A stretch of 64,000 nt of DNA from an uncultured virus (IMG/VR IMGVR_UViG_3300015610_002171) (taxonomy: Duplodnaviria > Heunggongvirae > Uroviricota > Caudoviricetes), in the IMG/VR virus record IMGVR_UViG_3300015610_002171. The stretch is one strand, 5' to 3'. The notes beneath the pieces were generated by a model. That model was not told the DNA's origin and searched no databases. It was given only the letters and a program-made list of their open reading frames with translations. A program made the position numbers and the translations under genes. This document shows positions 43,219 to 53,878 of this stretch, in pieces. Each line of letters begins with the position of its first letter. Within the stretch, counting starts at the first letter, position 1.

Positions 43219-45474
43219 ATGAAGATTTCTGAGTCTAAAGATCACAACCTGGAAAGTTCAGGCATAAAAAAAGAAGAAAAGTTCGACATTGGAGACGTAG
43301 GATTCGTCTTGACTCTTTTAAGAGGCCAACTATATTCCAATATTATAAGAACAATTACTCAGGAATATATGTCCAATGCCCGTGACGCGCATAGAGAAGC
43401 GAATTGTCCCGATAAGCAGATAATGGTTTCTCTTCCGCATGTATATGACCTGCATTGGAAGTGCAGAGATTATGGTCCAGGTATTTCTCCAGAAAGAATG
43501 ACAAATGTTTTTATCCAGTACGGAAACTCCACAAAACGTGGATCAAACGTTGAAACTGGTGGTTTCGGACTAGGAGCAAAATCAGCATTTGGTTATTCAG
43601 ATTCGTTCATTATTAATACTTTCATAGATAAAGTTAAACGAAGTTATTGTGCAATTATTGATGAAACTGAACGCGGCATTTTGCAATTAATGTCGGAACA
43701 ACCCACAACAGAAGAAAATGGAACAGAAATAATTGTTCCTGTGAAAACAAAAGATATATCTCAGTTCTCACAAGAAACTGTATCGGTAACAAGACATTGG
43801 AAGAATAAACCGATACTAAAGAATTTACACCCTTCATTCTCTTACAAGCAAGTAGAAACTAAACCAATTATTTCTGGAACAAGGTGGTTTGTCGAAGCCC
43901 ATAACCGAAAAGCTCTTTATGCAGTATTAGATGAAATTGAATATAGTATTCCAGATACTATGGTAAATTATGATACTGTTAAAATTGGAAATTCCAAATT
44001 GTTTATGGAGTTTAAAACTGGAGAGCTTGAGGTTGCTCCAAACAGAGAAACTTTAAAACAAAGTGATTCAAACAAGAAGAAAATTGCAGCAATTATCAAA
44101 ACTTTTGAGGACGAGATAAGAACAAATCTTCAAAAAGATATTGACAAGCAACCATCATTTGCTGCTGCAATTTTAAACTTTGATACTATCAGAAACAAAC
44201 TAAATGTTCATTTAGACAAAGATCTTTTTTCGTGGAATGGCTCTCAATTAATTGACCAGTATGTTAAATTAAATCACCTTAATGGATATTGTTGTTATTA
44301 TGGTACAGAAGGCTTATACAAATATTCAAAGGGCAACGAAGGCGGATTTAAAATAGATCCTAATACTATTTATGTTGAAACTCAAAAAGAGTTCAACAAA
44401 ACAGTTGAAAAAGCATTAGGTGTAATGATTGAAAAACTTAATGTAGACAAGAGTAAGTTTCCGAAAATCTGCCTGATTAATACAAAATCAGTTCCGCCAG
44501 ATAAAAAAGATGAGTTTCATTTAAAGAAACTAGGGGCTTATGTTTTAGAGGACTATTACAAGTTTTTGGATGCAAAAGAACGAAAGCAGGCGTTAACAAA
44601 AACACTGTTTTTTAAACTAGATTCTTCGGTATATTATTCACCAGATACTTGTGATTGGGTTGGATTTTATGAACCTACCAAAGTTTTTGGTAGGTCATCT
44701 TTAGCTGTTTTCGATGAAGATAAATCAAAGAAAGCTTTCATTTTTTTAGATGAAGAAAAGCATCCTCGAATAGAAAATAAAGAAGAGTTTAATTACGGAA
44801 CCACAGAATTAGAACTGTTAAAAGTTTTAAGTGGATATTCTATCTATGGATTTAAATTAAATCAAGTCGATAGAAAAAAAATAGAAGAACTTATGGTAGA
44901 CGAAGGTGTTGTTCATGTGGAAACTTTGTTTCAAAAAGAGTTTAAAAAACACTCCGTTAAAGAATGGAATACCATTGTTATGACATATATTGCGGCGAAA
45001 TCTTCGTATTACGGAGATAAAGTTTCAAGCATGAAACTTTTACCAGAATTTCTTTCTTCCTCATATTCATACAATATGTCTAGAGCAAAAATTGACTTTC
45101 TTGTCAACGAAGAAATTCAAAATCTATACTTAAAAGATTCTCCATCTTTTGTACCTGAATATTTTCAAAAACTTTTTGAGTTGAAACTCAAAGAAACTGA
45201 GCTTTCTAAAAAGGCAAGGCTTGCGCATGTCCTTAGAAAACAAAACATTGTAACCTCGGTTGACACAAAAGATGATGAATTTATGAAGCCAATTCTTGAG
45301 ATTCAAGAACTGAAACGAAAGTTTGATGAATACTATAACGTCAGTAATGTAATTAATACTTATAATAACCATAGAAGCCTACCTGAGTTTTTTGAAATGA
45401 TTTTATTTATTGACCATTTGAAAAAGAATGGATATAATGCTCCTAAACGGCCTAAAATTCTAGAGAAAATGTAA
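43219..45474 (+). CDS. rIIA: RIIA-like protein
   Basis: GHKL ATPase motifs LYS..E..SNARDAH, RDYGPGIS, STK, GGFGLGAKS, APNRE; directly upstream of rIIB. Confidence 0.85.
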   Translation: MKISESKDHNLESSGIKKEEKFDIGDVGFVLTLLRGQLYSNIIRTITQEYMSNARDAHREANCPDKQIMVSLPHVYDLHWKCRDYGPGISPERMTNVFIQYGNSTKRGSNVETGGFGLGAKSAFGYSDSFIINTFIDKVKRSYCAIIDETERGILQLMSEQPTTEENGTEIIVPVKTKDISQFSQETVSVTRHWKNKPILKNLHPSFSYKQVETKPIISGTRWFVEAHNRKALYAVLDEIEYSIPDTMVNYDTVKIGNSKLFMEFKTGELEVAPNRETLKQSDSNKKKIAAIIKTFEDEIRTNLQKDIDKQPSFAAAILNFDTIRNKLNVHLDKDLFSWNGSQLIDQYVKLNHLNGYCCYYGTEGLYKYSKGNEGGFKIDPNTIYVETQKEFNKTVEKALGVMIEKLNVDKSKFPKICLINTKSVPPDKKDEFHLKKLGAYVLEDYYKFLDAKERKQALTKTLFFKLDSSVYYSPDTCDWVGFYEPTKVFGRSSLAVFDEDKSKKAFIFLDEEKHPRIENKEEFNYGTTELELLKVLSGYSIYGFKLNQVDRKKIEELMVDEGVVHVETLFQKEFKKHSVKEWNTIVMTYIAAKSSYYGDKVSSMKLLPEFLSSSYSYNMSRAKIDFLVNEEIQNLYLKDSPSFVPEYFQKLFELKLKETELSKKARLAHVLRKQNIVTSVDTKDDEFMKPILEIQELKRKFDEYYNVSNVINTYNNHRSLPEFFEMILFIDHLKKNGYNAPKRPKILEKM

Positions 45475-45475
45475 C

Positions 45476-46420
45476 ATGAACATAACATACACAAAATCAA
45501 AAAGTTCTATCAACGTCAACATAGACGGAGAATCTTTTATTATCTTAAATTCTGACGGAATGTATTCTGCTTTGGCAGAGGCTATTAAAAACCAAGATAT
45601 GGAAGCTATAAAGAATGCAACAAGCATTGCTCACTTTATGAAAACCAAAAGTGAAGGAATGTTGGATCTTATAGATGGAGAAGTTTTTTTGGATGGAAAA
45701 CCAATCCACGGATCTTTGGGACAAAGATTTGTTGAATTTATCAACGCTCAAATTGAAATAACTCCTCTTATTAACTTTTGCCGCAAATTAAGAAAAAATC
45801 CATCTGTTTCCTCAATTGACCAACTCTTCGGTTTTTTGGATGCGAACAAGCACCCAATTACAAAAGATGGTAATTTCATTGCTTATAAAAAAATAAGAAA
45901 CGATTTTAAAGACTTCCACAGCGGGACATTTGATAATAGTCCTGGCAAAGTATTAGAAATGCCAAGAAGTCTCGTTAACGAAGATCCAACTCAAACGTGT
46001 TCTACTGGATTACACGTTGCAAACTGGAGCTACGCATTTAACTCTTTTCATGGCGGCTCTGGAATAATGGTCGAAGTAGAAGTTGATCCCGCAGACGTGG
46101 TTGCCGTTCCAATTGATTACAATCAAGGCAAAATGAGAACCTGTCGTTATAAGGTTGTAAAAGTTATCAACACCCCACGACAAGAAAAACTTGTTGTTGA
46201 CGGAGAAAGAATTATGGCATCGGGTCCAGAAGAAAAAGAAGAAACACAACAAGAATATTGCCCAAGCTGTGATGGAATTTTTGATGTTGATCCTGTTTCT
46301 GGAGAACTTTTATGTGACTGTGACGAAGAAGAATATGATGAAGACGAAGAAGATTGTGACGAATGTCCAGAATGCGGCGAAGAAGGCTGCGACGGAGAGT
46401 GTGAAGACGAAAATTATTAA
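45476..46420 (+). CDS. rIIB: RIIB-like protein
   Basis: NPS..QLFGFL..PIT.DGNFIAYK..D.HSG..CSTGLHV..VAVPIDY..KMRTCRY. Confidence 0.9.
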   Translation: MNITYTKSKSSINVNIDGESFIILNSDGMYSALAEAIKNQDMEAIKNATSIAHFMKTKSEGMLDLIDGEVFLDGKPIHGSLGQRFVEFINAQIEITPLINFCRKLRKNPSVSSIDQLFGFLDANKHPITKDGNFIAYKKIRNDFKDFHSGTFDNSPGKVLEMPRSLVNEDPTQTCSTGLHVANWSYAFNSFHGGSGIMVEVEVDPADVVAVPIDYNQGKMRTCRYKVVKVINTPRQEKLVVDGERIMASGPEEKEETQQEYCPSCDGIFDVDPVSGELLCDCDEEEYDEDEEDCDECPECGEEGCDGECEDENY

Positions 46421-46696
46421 GTTTTTGGCAAGAAACTTGCCAACTATAATTTAAATAAATTCATTGTTAATAGTTTTTCTGTAACATTCCTTAAGCTGAA
46501 GTTATATTATGTTTAATATAAAACCACGAAGCAAGGGTTAAAGATTGCTTCATCGGCGGGAACCGCCGATTACGAACGTGGAGAGGATATAAAACTAAAG
46601 CTTTCGAAAGAAAGAAATGTTGTTCTTGAAGAAGCGTTTAAAATTCAAGAAAGAAATTTCTTGAGGCTTATGAATTTTAGTTCGCAAGTAGTTCAC
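46418..46696 (+). mobile_element. Non-autonomous IS200/IS605-type element with TnpB reRNA-like right end, family B copy 1
   Basis: CGGGAACCGCCGATTACGAACGTGGAGAG..GAAGCG..GTAGTTCAC; inverted homologue at 50403-50680. Confidence 0.75.
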
Positions 46697-46715
46697 ATTT
46701 TAAACAAAAGAAATT

Positions 46716-46736
46716 GCCACCTTTCGGTGGTTTTTT
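46716..46736 (+). terminator. Intrinsic terminator
   Basis: GCCACC-TTTC-GGTGGT followed by a T-run. Confidence 0.75.
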
Positions 46737-47076
46737 CGTTTCTGGCAACCAAAAAATAAAAAGAGGAAAAAATGGCAACGAAAACACAGCACGTTTGCGA
46801 CAAGTGTGGGACAAATATCGATTCAGATAACGGGTTTATTGAGCTTCAAATCCAAGCAATGAATTTAAATATTCTAAAACAGGATGTGTGCAAACCATGC
46901 TTGCTCAAAATATTAAAAATAGAACCAGAAACAAGAACAGAATATATTTATGAGTCTTCCGATAAGCACGGCGGACCGACAGGGCCGATGCCCCCGCCAG
47001 AATTGGAGAATAATTCTGATTCATCTTTCGAGCCTCTGCGCGGTCCTGCCGTCGCCGCAAAACTGGCAAACCTCCG

Positions 47077-47490
47077 ATGAACGAAATCTTTGAAGTTAAT
47101 TTAAAAGAATTTGTTCCATTAAACAAACTTATTCAAGTTTTAACTCTGATTAAATCAAGATACTATAATGAAGAAGTTTATTTGGTTGGAAGTATTTTAA
47201 CTTCTCCATCTCCAAGGGATATTGATGTTGTTATTGCAATAGAAGATAGATTGTTCGAGGCAATGTATGGAAGTTCACTTTCAAAAAACGAAACCGTTGA
47301 CACTTGGATTGCGGCAATAAAAGGCTGGAATAAAAATCTTTCCCCTGTCATGGTGTCTTATTGGCAAAAAGATATTGCGAAACAAGGAAAGGAATTAACT
47401 ATGATGTGCGGTTTGCAAGTGGACTTCAAAACTCAACCAGTTAAACTTTTCAACTCCATTCCTCTAGAAAAACATAGGCTTGAGATATGA
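47077..47490 (+). CDS. Minimal nucleotidyltransferase (Pol-beta family)
   Basis: YLVGS..PRDIDVV..VDF. Confidence 0.75.
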   Translation: MNEIFEVNLKEFVPLNKLIQVLTLIKSRYYNEEVYLVGSILTSPSPRDIDVVIAIEDRLFEAMYGSSLSKNETVDTWIAAIKGWNKNLSPVMVSYWQKDIAKQGKELTMMCGLQVDFKTQPVKLFNSIPLEKHRLEI

Positions 47491-47990
47491 CCTATAGAGA
47501 AAACATGAATACTGAATTAGTTTTGAAAACTCCAAAGTTTAATATTTTTTGTAAATTATTTGGACATAAACCAAAAATAACACATGATGAAACTGCCAAC
47601 ATATATTGGCTTGATACTTGTTGCGTGGTTTATGATTGTGTAGACGAAGCATATTATAAAATTGCTGAAAAAACCACATGTTTACGTTGTAACCAAATTT
47701 ATTATACTGCTCACTTTGAACGTCTCGTTTACTATAAAAAAACAAATAAATTTGGATATCGCGTCTTTTATTCTCTTTCCAAAGAAGATGAGCAGATACT
47801 CTATAACAACTCTGTTGAATTAACTTCCTTTTCTGAAATTAAAGAATTTTTAGAAACCAACGGATTTCAAAAAAAGAAAAGACCGTGGAGAAGCTATGAT
47901 ATAATTTATGTTATGTTAAAAAACAAAGAACATTTTAAAATTTGTAAAAATACCTTTCTCTTAAAAAAGAGGTCAGATTTTAATGTATAG
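47487..47990 (+). CDS. hypothetical protein with CKLFGHK motif
   Basis: CxLFGHK..CxRC. Confidence 0.6.
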   Translation: MTYRENMNTELVLKTPKFNIFCKLFGHKPKITHDETANIYWLDTCCVVYDCVDEAYYKIAEKTTCLRCNQIYYTAHFERLVYYKKTNKFGYRVFYSLSKEDEQILYNNSVELTSFSEIKEFLETNGFQKKKRPWRSYDIIYVMLKNKEHFKICKNTFLLKKRSDFNV

Positions 47991-48582
47991 AGAAACACCG
48001 ACGAAGGACTTGGTTCCAGTGTCCAAAAAACAAAAAGAAAAAATAAGTTTTATGTGTCGTTTGTTTGGACACAAACCAGCTTGGGAAATGCCTGTTAGTG
48101 TTTACTTGTTAAAAATCCATCAAAACAATTCATGGAAATATAGAATAGATACACATTATACACTTGAGGTTGATAATAAACCTATTACAAGGTATGTCTC
48201 ACCAGGAATTTCATCTTTTTGCGGAAGGTGTGATAGAGTTGTTTTTATTCCTATCACAGAATTAACTTATGTTGACTTTGAAATAGGGAAACACGGAGAA
48301 ATGTGGAGGTTGATGAAATCAGACCATACTTTATGGTTTGGTCTTAAAGACTATCAAGAAAATCTTACCAGAATTTATGTTAGAGATTACATTAATATAA
48401 AGGAAAATATTCTCCTCTCCGTAGAGGAGTGTCAAGCGCTAATTCCAAAGCCAGTTGCCCGTCAGTGGTTTGGTGGTAAACAATATGTTTTAGTTGAAGA
48501 AAGTATTTCTCATGAAGAAGATCTTTTCTTTAATTTAAAAACTTTGCAGTTTAAAAGAATAAACAAAAAACCCGCAACCTGA
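47983..48582 (+). CDS. hypothetical protein with CRLFGHK motif
   Basis: CxLFGHK..CxRC. Confidence 0.6.
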   Translation: MYRETPTKDLVPVSKKQKEKISFMCRLFGHKPAWEMPVSVYLLKIHQNNSWKYRIDTHYTLEVDNKPITRYVSPGISSFCGRCDRVVFIPITELTYVDFEIGKHGEMWRLMKSDHTLWFGLKDYQENLTRIYVRDYINIKENILLSVEECQALIPKPVARQWFGGKQYVLVEESISHEEDLFFNLKTLQFKRINKKPAT

Positions 48583-48602
48583 AACAAAAGGAAACAATAA
48601 AA

Positions 48603-50081
48603 ATGTCAACAAGACCAGTCCAAAAAATAAAATACTATCGAAGAGGATTTGCAACAAACAGTTCAAGCTCTCATTCTGTTTTATTATTTGAAGAAGATAT
48701 TAAGTCTTTGATTCAAGACTATGACCCTTGCAACGGTGAATATGGCTGGGGAGACTTCTCTCTTGTTTCCAAAGAATCGAAGATTAAATACCTAAAAGCG
48801 CAGATTGCTTCAGTATGGAGAAATACCACAAAACTACCAGAAGATTATGCAGACTATTATGTTGACCACCAATCTATTTGGGGTATTCTACCTGTTCCAA
48901 ATGAACTAGGAACAGAACCGCATCCAAAGTGGTTTAAAATATACGAAGATTGGATTTCTAATGATAAAATTGTTGTTTATGGCGGCAATGATAATGAAGA
49001 GCCATCTTTAACGCCGCCAACAAATACTAACTACAATCCAGTTTGTGCACCAAATTCGAAATCAAGAAGTAACTATGCCCCGTACAATCAGCCTGTTAAT
49101 TATATTGGACGACATGTAGAAGATGGAGATTATTTTTTAATGTTCGATACCATATCAGGTACAAAACTTAAAGTGAAGTTCTCCGAAGGGGAACTTCCGA
49201 ATAGTTCAGAGTATCCTGAACTTGTTGATTTAAAAATCACAGACTATTGCCCTTTTAATTGTGAATACTGTTATCAAGGGTCAACAACAAAAGGCAAGCA
49301 CGCCAAACTTGAAGCCATCAAAAAAACAATCGATATTTTAGCGGAGGCAAAGACACTGGAAATTGCAATCGGTGGTGGAGAACCAACACTCCATCCTGAT
49401 TTTCTTGAGATATTAAGATACGCAAAACAAAAAGGTGTTGTTCCAAACTTTACATCCAAAAACTATAAGATTTTAACAAACAGAGAAGCAGTTGAGACAA
49501 TTTTAGAATGCTGTGGTGCATTTGCATTTTCTGTTGATTCGGCAGAAGATGTAAAACAGATTTCATATTATCAAATGTATGCATCAAATATGTGTGACAT
49601 TAAACTAGAGCGAATTACACAAAAAACTGTAATTCAACATCCAGTAGGATCTTGTTCGAAAGAAGAATTTAAAAAAATCCTTACTCAAATTGGTTCACTA
49701 GAAGTGTCAAATGTTTTAACTTTACTTGGACACAAGACAACAGGTAGAGGAAATAAATCTTTGGTAAAAGCATCAAACGAAGATGTTTTACTTGCAGTAA
49801 GACTTCATAAAGTAAAAAACGCACGAGACCAACTGTTTATTAATGTTGATACATCGTTTGTAAAAGATCAAGAAAGAGAAATACGGACAATTCTTGGAAA
49901 TAATGTTTATGAAGCTACGATGTCTTCAAAAGATGGATTAACAAGTGTTTATGTTGATGCAGTAGAAGAAACTATTTCTGCTAGTTCTTACGAGCCTGAA
50001 CGCGGCCACCATAACATGAAACCTCTATATGGAAACCTTGAGGAGTTCCTTTCAACATGGAAGACTATACAAAAAAGCTAA
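48603..50081 (+). CDS. Radical SAM enzyme with N-terminal RxGFxTNSSS domain
   Basis: CPFNCEYC, GGGEPTLH; N-terminal RRGFATNSSSSHS. Confidence 0.9.
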   Translation: MSTRPVQKIKYYRRGFATNSSSSHSVLLFEEDIKSLIQDYDPCNGEYGWGDFSLVSKESKIKYLKAQIASVWRNTTKLPEDYADYYVDHQSIWGILPVPNELGTEPHPKWFKIYEDWISNDKIVVYGGNDNEEPSLTPPTNTNYNPVCAPNSKSRSNYAPYNQPVNYIGRHVEDGDYFLMFDTISGTKLKVKFSEGELPNSSEYPELVDLKITDYCPFNCEYCYQGSTTKGKHAKLEAIKKTIDILAEAKTLEIAIGGGEPTLHPDFLEILRYAKQKGVVPNFTSKNYKILTNREAVETILECCGAFAFSVDSAEDVKQISYYQMYASNMCDIKLERITQKTVIQHPVGSCSKEEFKKILTQIGSLEVSNVLTLLGHKTTGRGNKSLVKASNEDVLLAVRLHKVKNARDQLFINVDTSFVKDQEREIRTILGNNVYEATMSSKDGLTSVYVDAVEETISASSYEPERGHHNMKPLYGNLEEFLSTWKTIQKS

Positions 50082-50402
50082 ACAAAGCTAAAGAGATAGC
50101 GGCCAAAGGTTCAATAGATTTAAAAATTACCGAGGCAATACTAAAAAAGTTTTACTTGGTTGGAAGGTCTTTGTTTGATTACGATAATCTAAACTACATC
50201 ACAGGTGCTAAACCCATATACGGAATTTCTTCATCAAGTTTGTTAGACCTAAAAACTCAATATCAACCTTCTTCTAAAATACCTTATCACTCTCTAATTT
50301 TAGAATCTCAATTTTTAGACGAAGAAATATTAGAACTTAAACTCTTAACAGAAGATGGTATTATATATATGGCTTTATCGGTCGACAAAATATTTTACTT
50401 TA

Positions 50403-50680
50403 GTGAACTACTCGTGAACTACTCATAAACTTTAGTTCATGAGCCTCAAGAAATTTCTTTCTTGAATTTTAAACGCTTCTTCGAGAATAACATTTCCAAT
50501 TTAATGGTTTTAGATTTATAAACTCTCCACGTTCGTAATCGGCGGTTCCCGCCGATGAAGCAATCTTTAACCCTTGCTTCGTGGGTTTATATTAAACATT
50601 ATACTACTTCGGTTTAAGGAATGTTATGAAAAAATTATTAATATTTAATTATGGTTGGCGAGTTTTTTGTCAAAAACTTA
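50403..50680 (-). mobile_element. Non-autonomous IS200/IS605-type element, family B copy 2
   Basis: Reverse-complement homologue of 46418-46696; terminal GAGTAGTTCAC tandemly duplicated. Confidence 0.75.
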
Positions 50681-50897
50681 GTAAGAAATTATTTCATATC
50701 ATATTATTTCGAAAACAAACGAGTGAAAAAAAGTTGTTGACAGCCCCGCGGGGCGACTTAAACTGTAGGGACAAGAGACGCGGAGACAAACTCTCTCAAA
50801 GTAAAAAAGGAAATCAAAATGAAAGTTAACGGCTATAAACTAAGTTATTTCAATAGTTTAGTGTCGACCTGACATATACTCTTAATAAGAGTATTTA

Positions 50898-51983
50898 TTA
50901 TGATACCCTTGCTTTTAAGGGTAGATTTAATCGGGGTGCCAGAGTGTAGAAAACACTTTCTCCCGTCTTGAGAACCTTATCATTCTTCTCAAGATTGGAA
51001 CTTGGTACAATACTAAAACATTCTTTTAAAGAAATGTTAAAAGCAGCATTGGCATCAGAATGTTCCAAATGCCCGCAAGAGCATTTATAAATTTTTCCTT
51101 TTCGGTTTTCTTTGTTTATTTGTTTACATTGAAAACAAGATTGAGATGTGAAAGCAGGATCAACTATTTCAAGTTTAACACCAAGCAAAAGACTTTTGTA
51201 TTTTAACAGCCTTCTAATTTCATAAAAGGGCCAAGAGTTCAAGGTGTGATTGCTTTCTGATTTATATTTTTTTAAATTATGTTTAGATATTCCTTTAAGA
51301 TTTTCAATTTTTAACCCACAATTTGTTTTAACTGCTTCTTTTACAATTTTTGTTGTAATTTTTTGAAGAATATCTTTTGTTTTATTTCTTTCTTTTTTTG
51401 ATTGTTTTGCAATGAGTTTTAAATTACCATTTATTTGATTTTTTCTCCTTAAATTTTTATATTTCTTTTTCAAGAACGGAATTTCTTTTCCATATTTTTT
51501 AACATTTCCCGTTAAAGAATTTGCAGTCACAATTGTATTTGAAGTAGAATTTAAATCAATTCCAATCCATGATTTAGGTTTTTACTCTGCTTTGTTTGTG
51601 CAAGTTGCTGTAATGTATGCGTATTTTTTATCAAGTTCAATTTGATTTATTTTCTCAACCTTTGAGAGATCAAACCAAAGATTTTTTATCTCAATTTTTA
51701 AAGGTACTATTTTTATCAATTTCTTTTTTTTATCGAACTTAATATCTTGACCAGGGACGGTCAATTTGACTTTGTTTGTGTTAATAGATTTTAATTTTTT
51801 TTGTGAATGATATTTTCGAAGAATTTGATTTGAAATTACAGACTTTAATTTAAATTCTTTTACATCTTTAGAAGTTGGAAGTTTTTTGTTTCGGCAAGAT
51901 ATTGCGTATATGGCTACTTTAATAGCCTTCTCTAATTCAAGATCTAATTTTGCGAAATGTTTGATTTTAAATGTTAAAATCAT
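50898..51983 (-). pseudogene. tnpB: TnpB (IS200/IS605 OrfB) split by one in-frame TAA
   Basis: ..KAE*KPKSWIGIDLN.. is in frame; RuvC D/E/D and zinc finger retained. Confidence 0.85.
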
Positions 51984-52774
51984 TTAATGGTAACAGTATA
52001 TTGCAAATGACAAATAAATGTTAGCCAAAAAAAATCGTACAAATAAGATCAATCAAACCCTCCACCTCAATCTCAATCTGTTGGGGCACTAAAAAACCAA
52101 GAATGGACTAGAAACCATTTAAAAAACTATAGAACTCTATGTGGTTTAACGGCAAAACATACCCAAATCCTCGGTTCAAGTCCGAGGCATAGAGCCAAAT
52201 GCCTGATTCAAAAAGACAAAAGAGAAAACTCAAGGGCGACTTTCTTAAAACAAAAGAAAGAAACAAAACCAAACAAAGAACTTTCGATAAAGTCAAAAAG
52301 GCGCAAGAAGAACTAAAAACAAAACCAACAACAACCCTCTGGTTCCAAGGATACTTACTAGAGGTTGAAGCTCACGATAAAAATTGGTTCCCCGACCATA
52401 ACAATATCTTTATTGGAAGAACCAAACGCGGATACAAACTTCTCCAGACTTTGTATTCTTCAAGCGGATTAATTGCCTTTCCTTATGAATTTGGACCAGT
52501 CGCAAACACCTTCTCTCCAAAGAGCGATATTGTTGTTCTAAAAGTTAAAAACATATTAAAAGAAAAAACTTTAAGAAAAAAGTAAAGTATACTACTATTT
52601 AACTTCTACCCTCTCACAAAAAATAATCAAGCAAGTTGACAGACGAGCAAGACGAGTTAAAGTGAAGGGGCAACAAGAAAACAATCCGAAAAATGTTCGG
52701 AAAGGGTCTTTGACAACATTAAGTGAAACTTATGGCTGCGGCAAGTGCGATACTTGCCGCAGCCAAACATATAA

Positions 52775-52847
52775 AGGTTCTTAACTCAGTTGGTAGAGTA
52801 GCTGGCTTTTAACTAGTTAGTCGTGAGTTCAAATCTCACAGAACCTA
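52775..52847 (+). tRNA. tRNA-Lys(UUU)
   Basis: Full cloverleaf, loop CTTTTAA. Confidence 0.9.
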
Positions 52848-52857
52848 TAAAATCAAA

Positions 52858-52929
52858 GGAGTATTAGTCAAGTGGTTATGACACTGGCTTGTCACGCCAG
52901 AATCACGAGTTCAATTCTCGTATACTCCG
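52858..52929 (+). tRNA. tRNA-Asp(GUC)
   Basis: Full cloverleaf, loop TTGTCAC. Confidence 0.9.
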
Positions 52930-53030
52930 ATACCTTTCATAAACTTTCAGGAGGCTAGTAGATGAAAAAAATGACAATAAACATGTCGGAAAAAGGAATA
53001 TTTTCTTGTTCTGAGTGGTAAACACCACAT

Positions 53031-53102
53031 GATCCTTTAGTTTAAGTAGAACCTGATCTGTCCAAGATCAAAGTTTTGGTGCAAATCCAAAAGGGATCAC
53101 CA
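53031..53102 (+). tRNA. Atypical tRNA, anticodon UCC (Gly) with G33
   Basis: GATCCTT/AGGGATC-A-CCA; loop TGTCCAA. Confidence 0.55.
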
Positions 53103-53136
53103 AGTTGGTTAACGAATTGATTTGTTAATCAAGTAA

Positions 53137-53211
53137 CGCAGAATAGAGAAGTGGAAACTCATTTGGTTCATGCCCAAAAGATCGCAAGTTCGAATCTTGC
53201 TTCTGCTACCA
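53137..53211 (+). tRNA. tRNA-Met(CAU), initiator-like
   Basis: C1:U72 mismatch, loop TTCATGC, encoded CCA. Confidence 0.85.
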
Positions 53212-53327
53212 AATCTTGAAACCTAGCAGGTTGGGTTTCAAGTGTCTCTAATAACCTGTAAGGTCTGGGATTTAACCGCGGATATAAACCTTGGCTGCCG
53301 TAGTGGCAGTTAAATTATATCCAAAAT

Positions 53328-53397
53328 AAAAGTGGGCCATAATCAAACTTACTTCTAAAGTACATCTTCACAACTAGTTTGATTGCTTTCCCATTTT
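53328..53397 (+). ncRNA. GGCCAT/GCTTTCC hairpin RNA, copy 1
   Basis: Conserved motif with covarying stems, 3 copies in window. Confidence 0.7.
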
Positions 53398-53425
53398 GCC
53401 GCATTTATGCGGCTTTGAAGAGTTA

Positions 53426-53513
53426 GCGGAAATAAGGAAACTTTCTGTTTGCTGCGAAAACGCAGCTTTAAAGAAACTGAGTGTTACGGGTTCGAGTCCC
53501 GTTTTCCGCTCCA
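53426..53513 (+). ncRNA. tRNA-like RNA: Gly-type acceptor and T-arm, D/anticodon arms replaced
   Basis: GCGGAAA/TTTCCGC-T-CCA; ACGGG-TTCGAGT-CCCGT. Confidence 0.65.
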
Positions 53514-53585
53514 TACAAGGCCATGAAGAAACTTACTTCTAAAAATTCAAAGGGTGAAAAACTAGTTTCTTCGCTTTCCTTGTAT
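53513..53585 (+). ncRNA. GGCCAT/GCTTTCC hairpin RNA, copy 2
   Basis: Same motif as copy 1. Confidence 0.7.
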
Positions 53586-53601
53586 AATCTTTCATTTTAT
53601 T

Positions 53602-53720
53602 GTGTATATGGCTAAAATTGGAATAAGCAAGAGAATGGGCCTTGAACCTAAAAAGGTGGGCAAGAGCGACTAAATTCCATCAACTCTGTCGCCATAACAG
53701 TTCGAATCTGTTTATACACA
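53602..53720 (+). ncRNA. tRNA-like RNA with ~50-nt insert in the anticodon arm
   Basis: GTGTATA/TATACAC acceptor, D-arm, AACAG-TTCGAAT-CTGTT T-arm. Confidence 0.65.
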
Positions 53721-53806
53721 AACGATATTTGCAACTAAACCTAGTTGCAAGTTCTGATTAACTTCGTCAAGGTTAATACGTCGCGGGGACCGTATTCCGC
53801 TCCAAT

Positions 53807-53878
53807 GCGAAGATAGCTCAACGGCAGAGCACGCCCAATAAGGTAGGTATGGTTGTTCAATTCAACCTCTTTGCGCCA
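53807..53878 (+). tRNA. tRNA-like gene with shortened anticodon arm (isotype undetermined)
   Basis: Good acceptor, D- and T-arms and CCA; anticodon arm incomplete. Confidence 0.6.
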
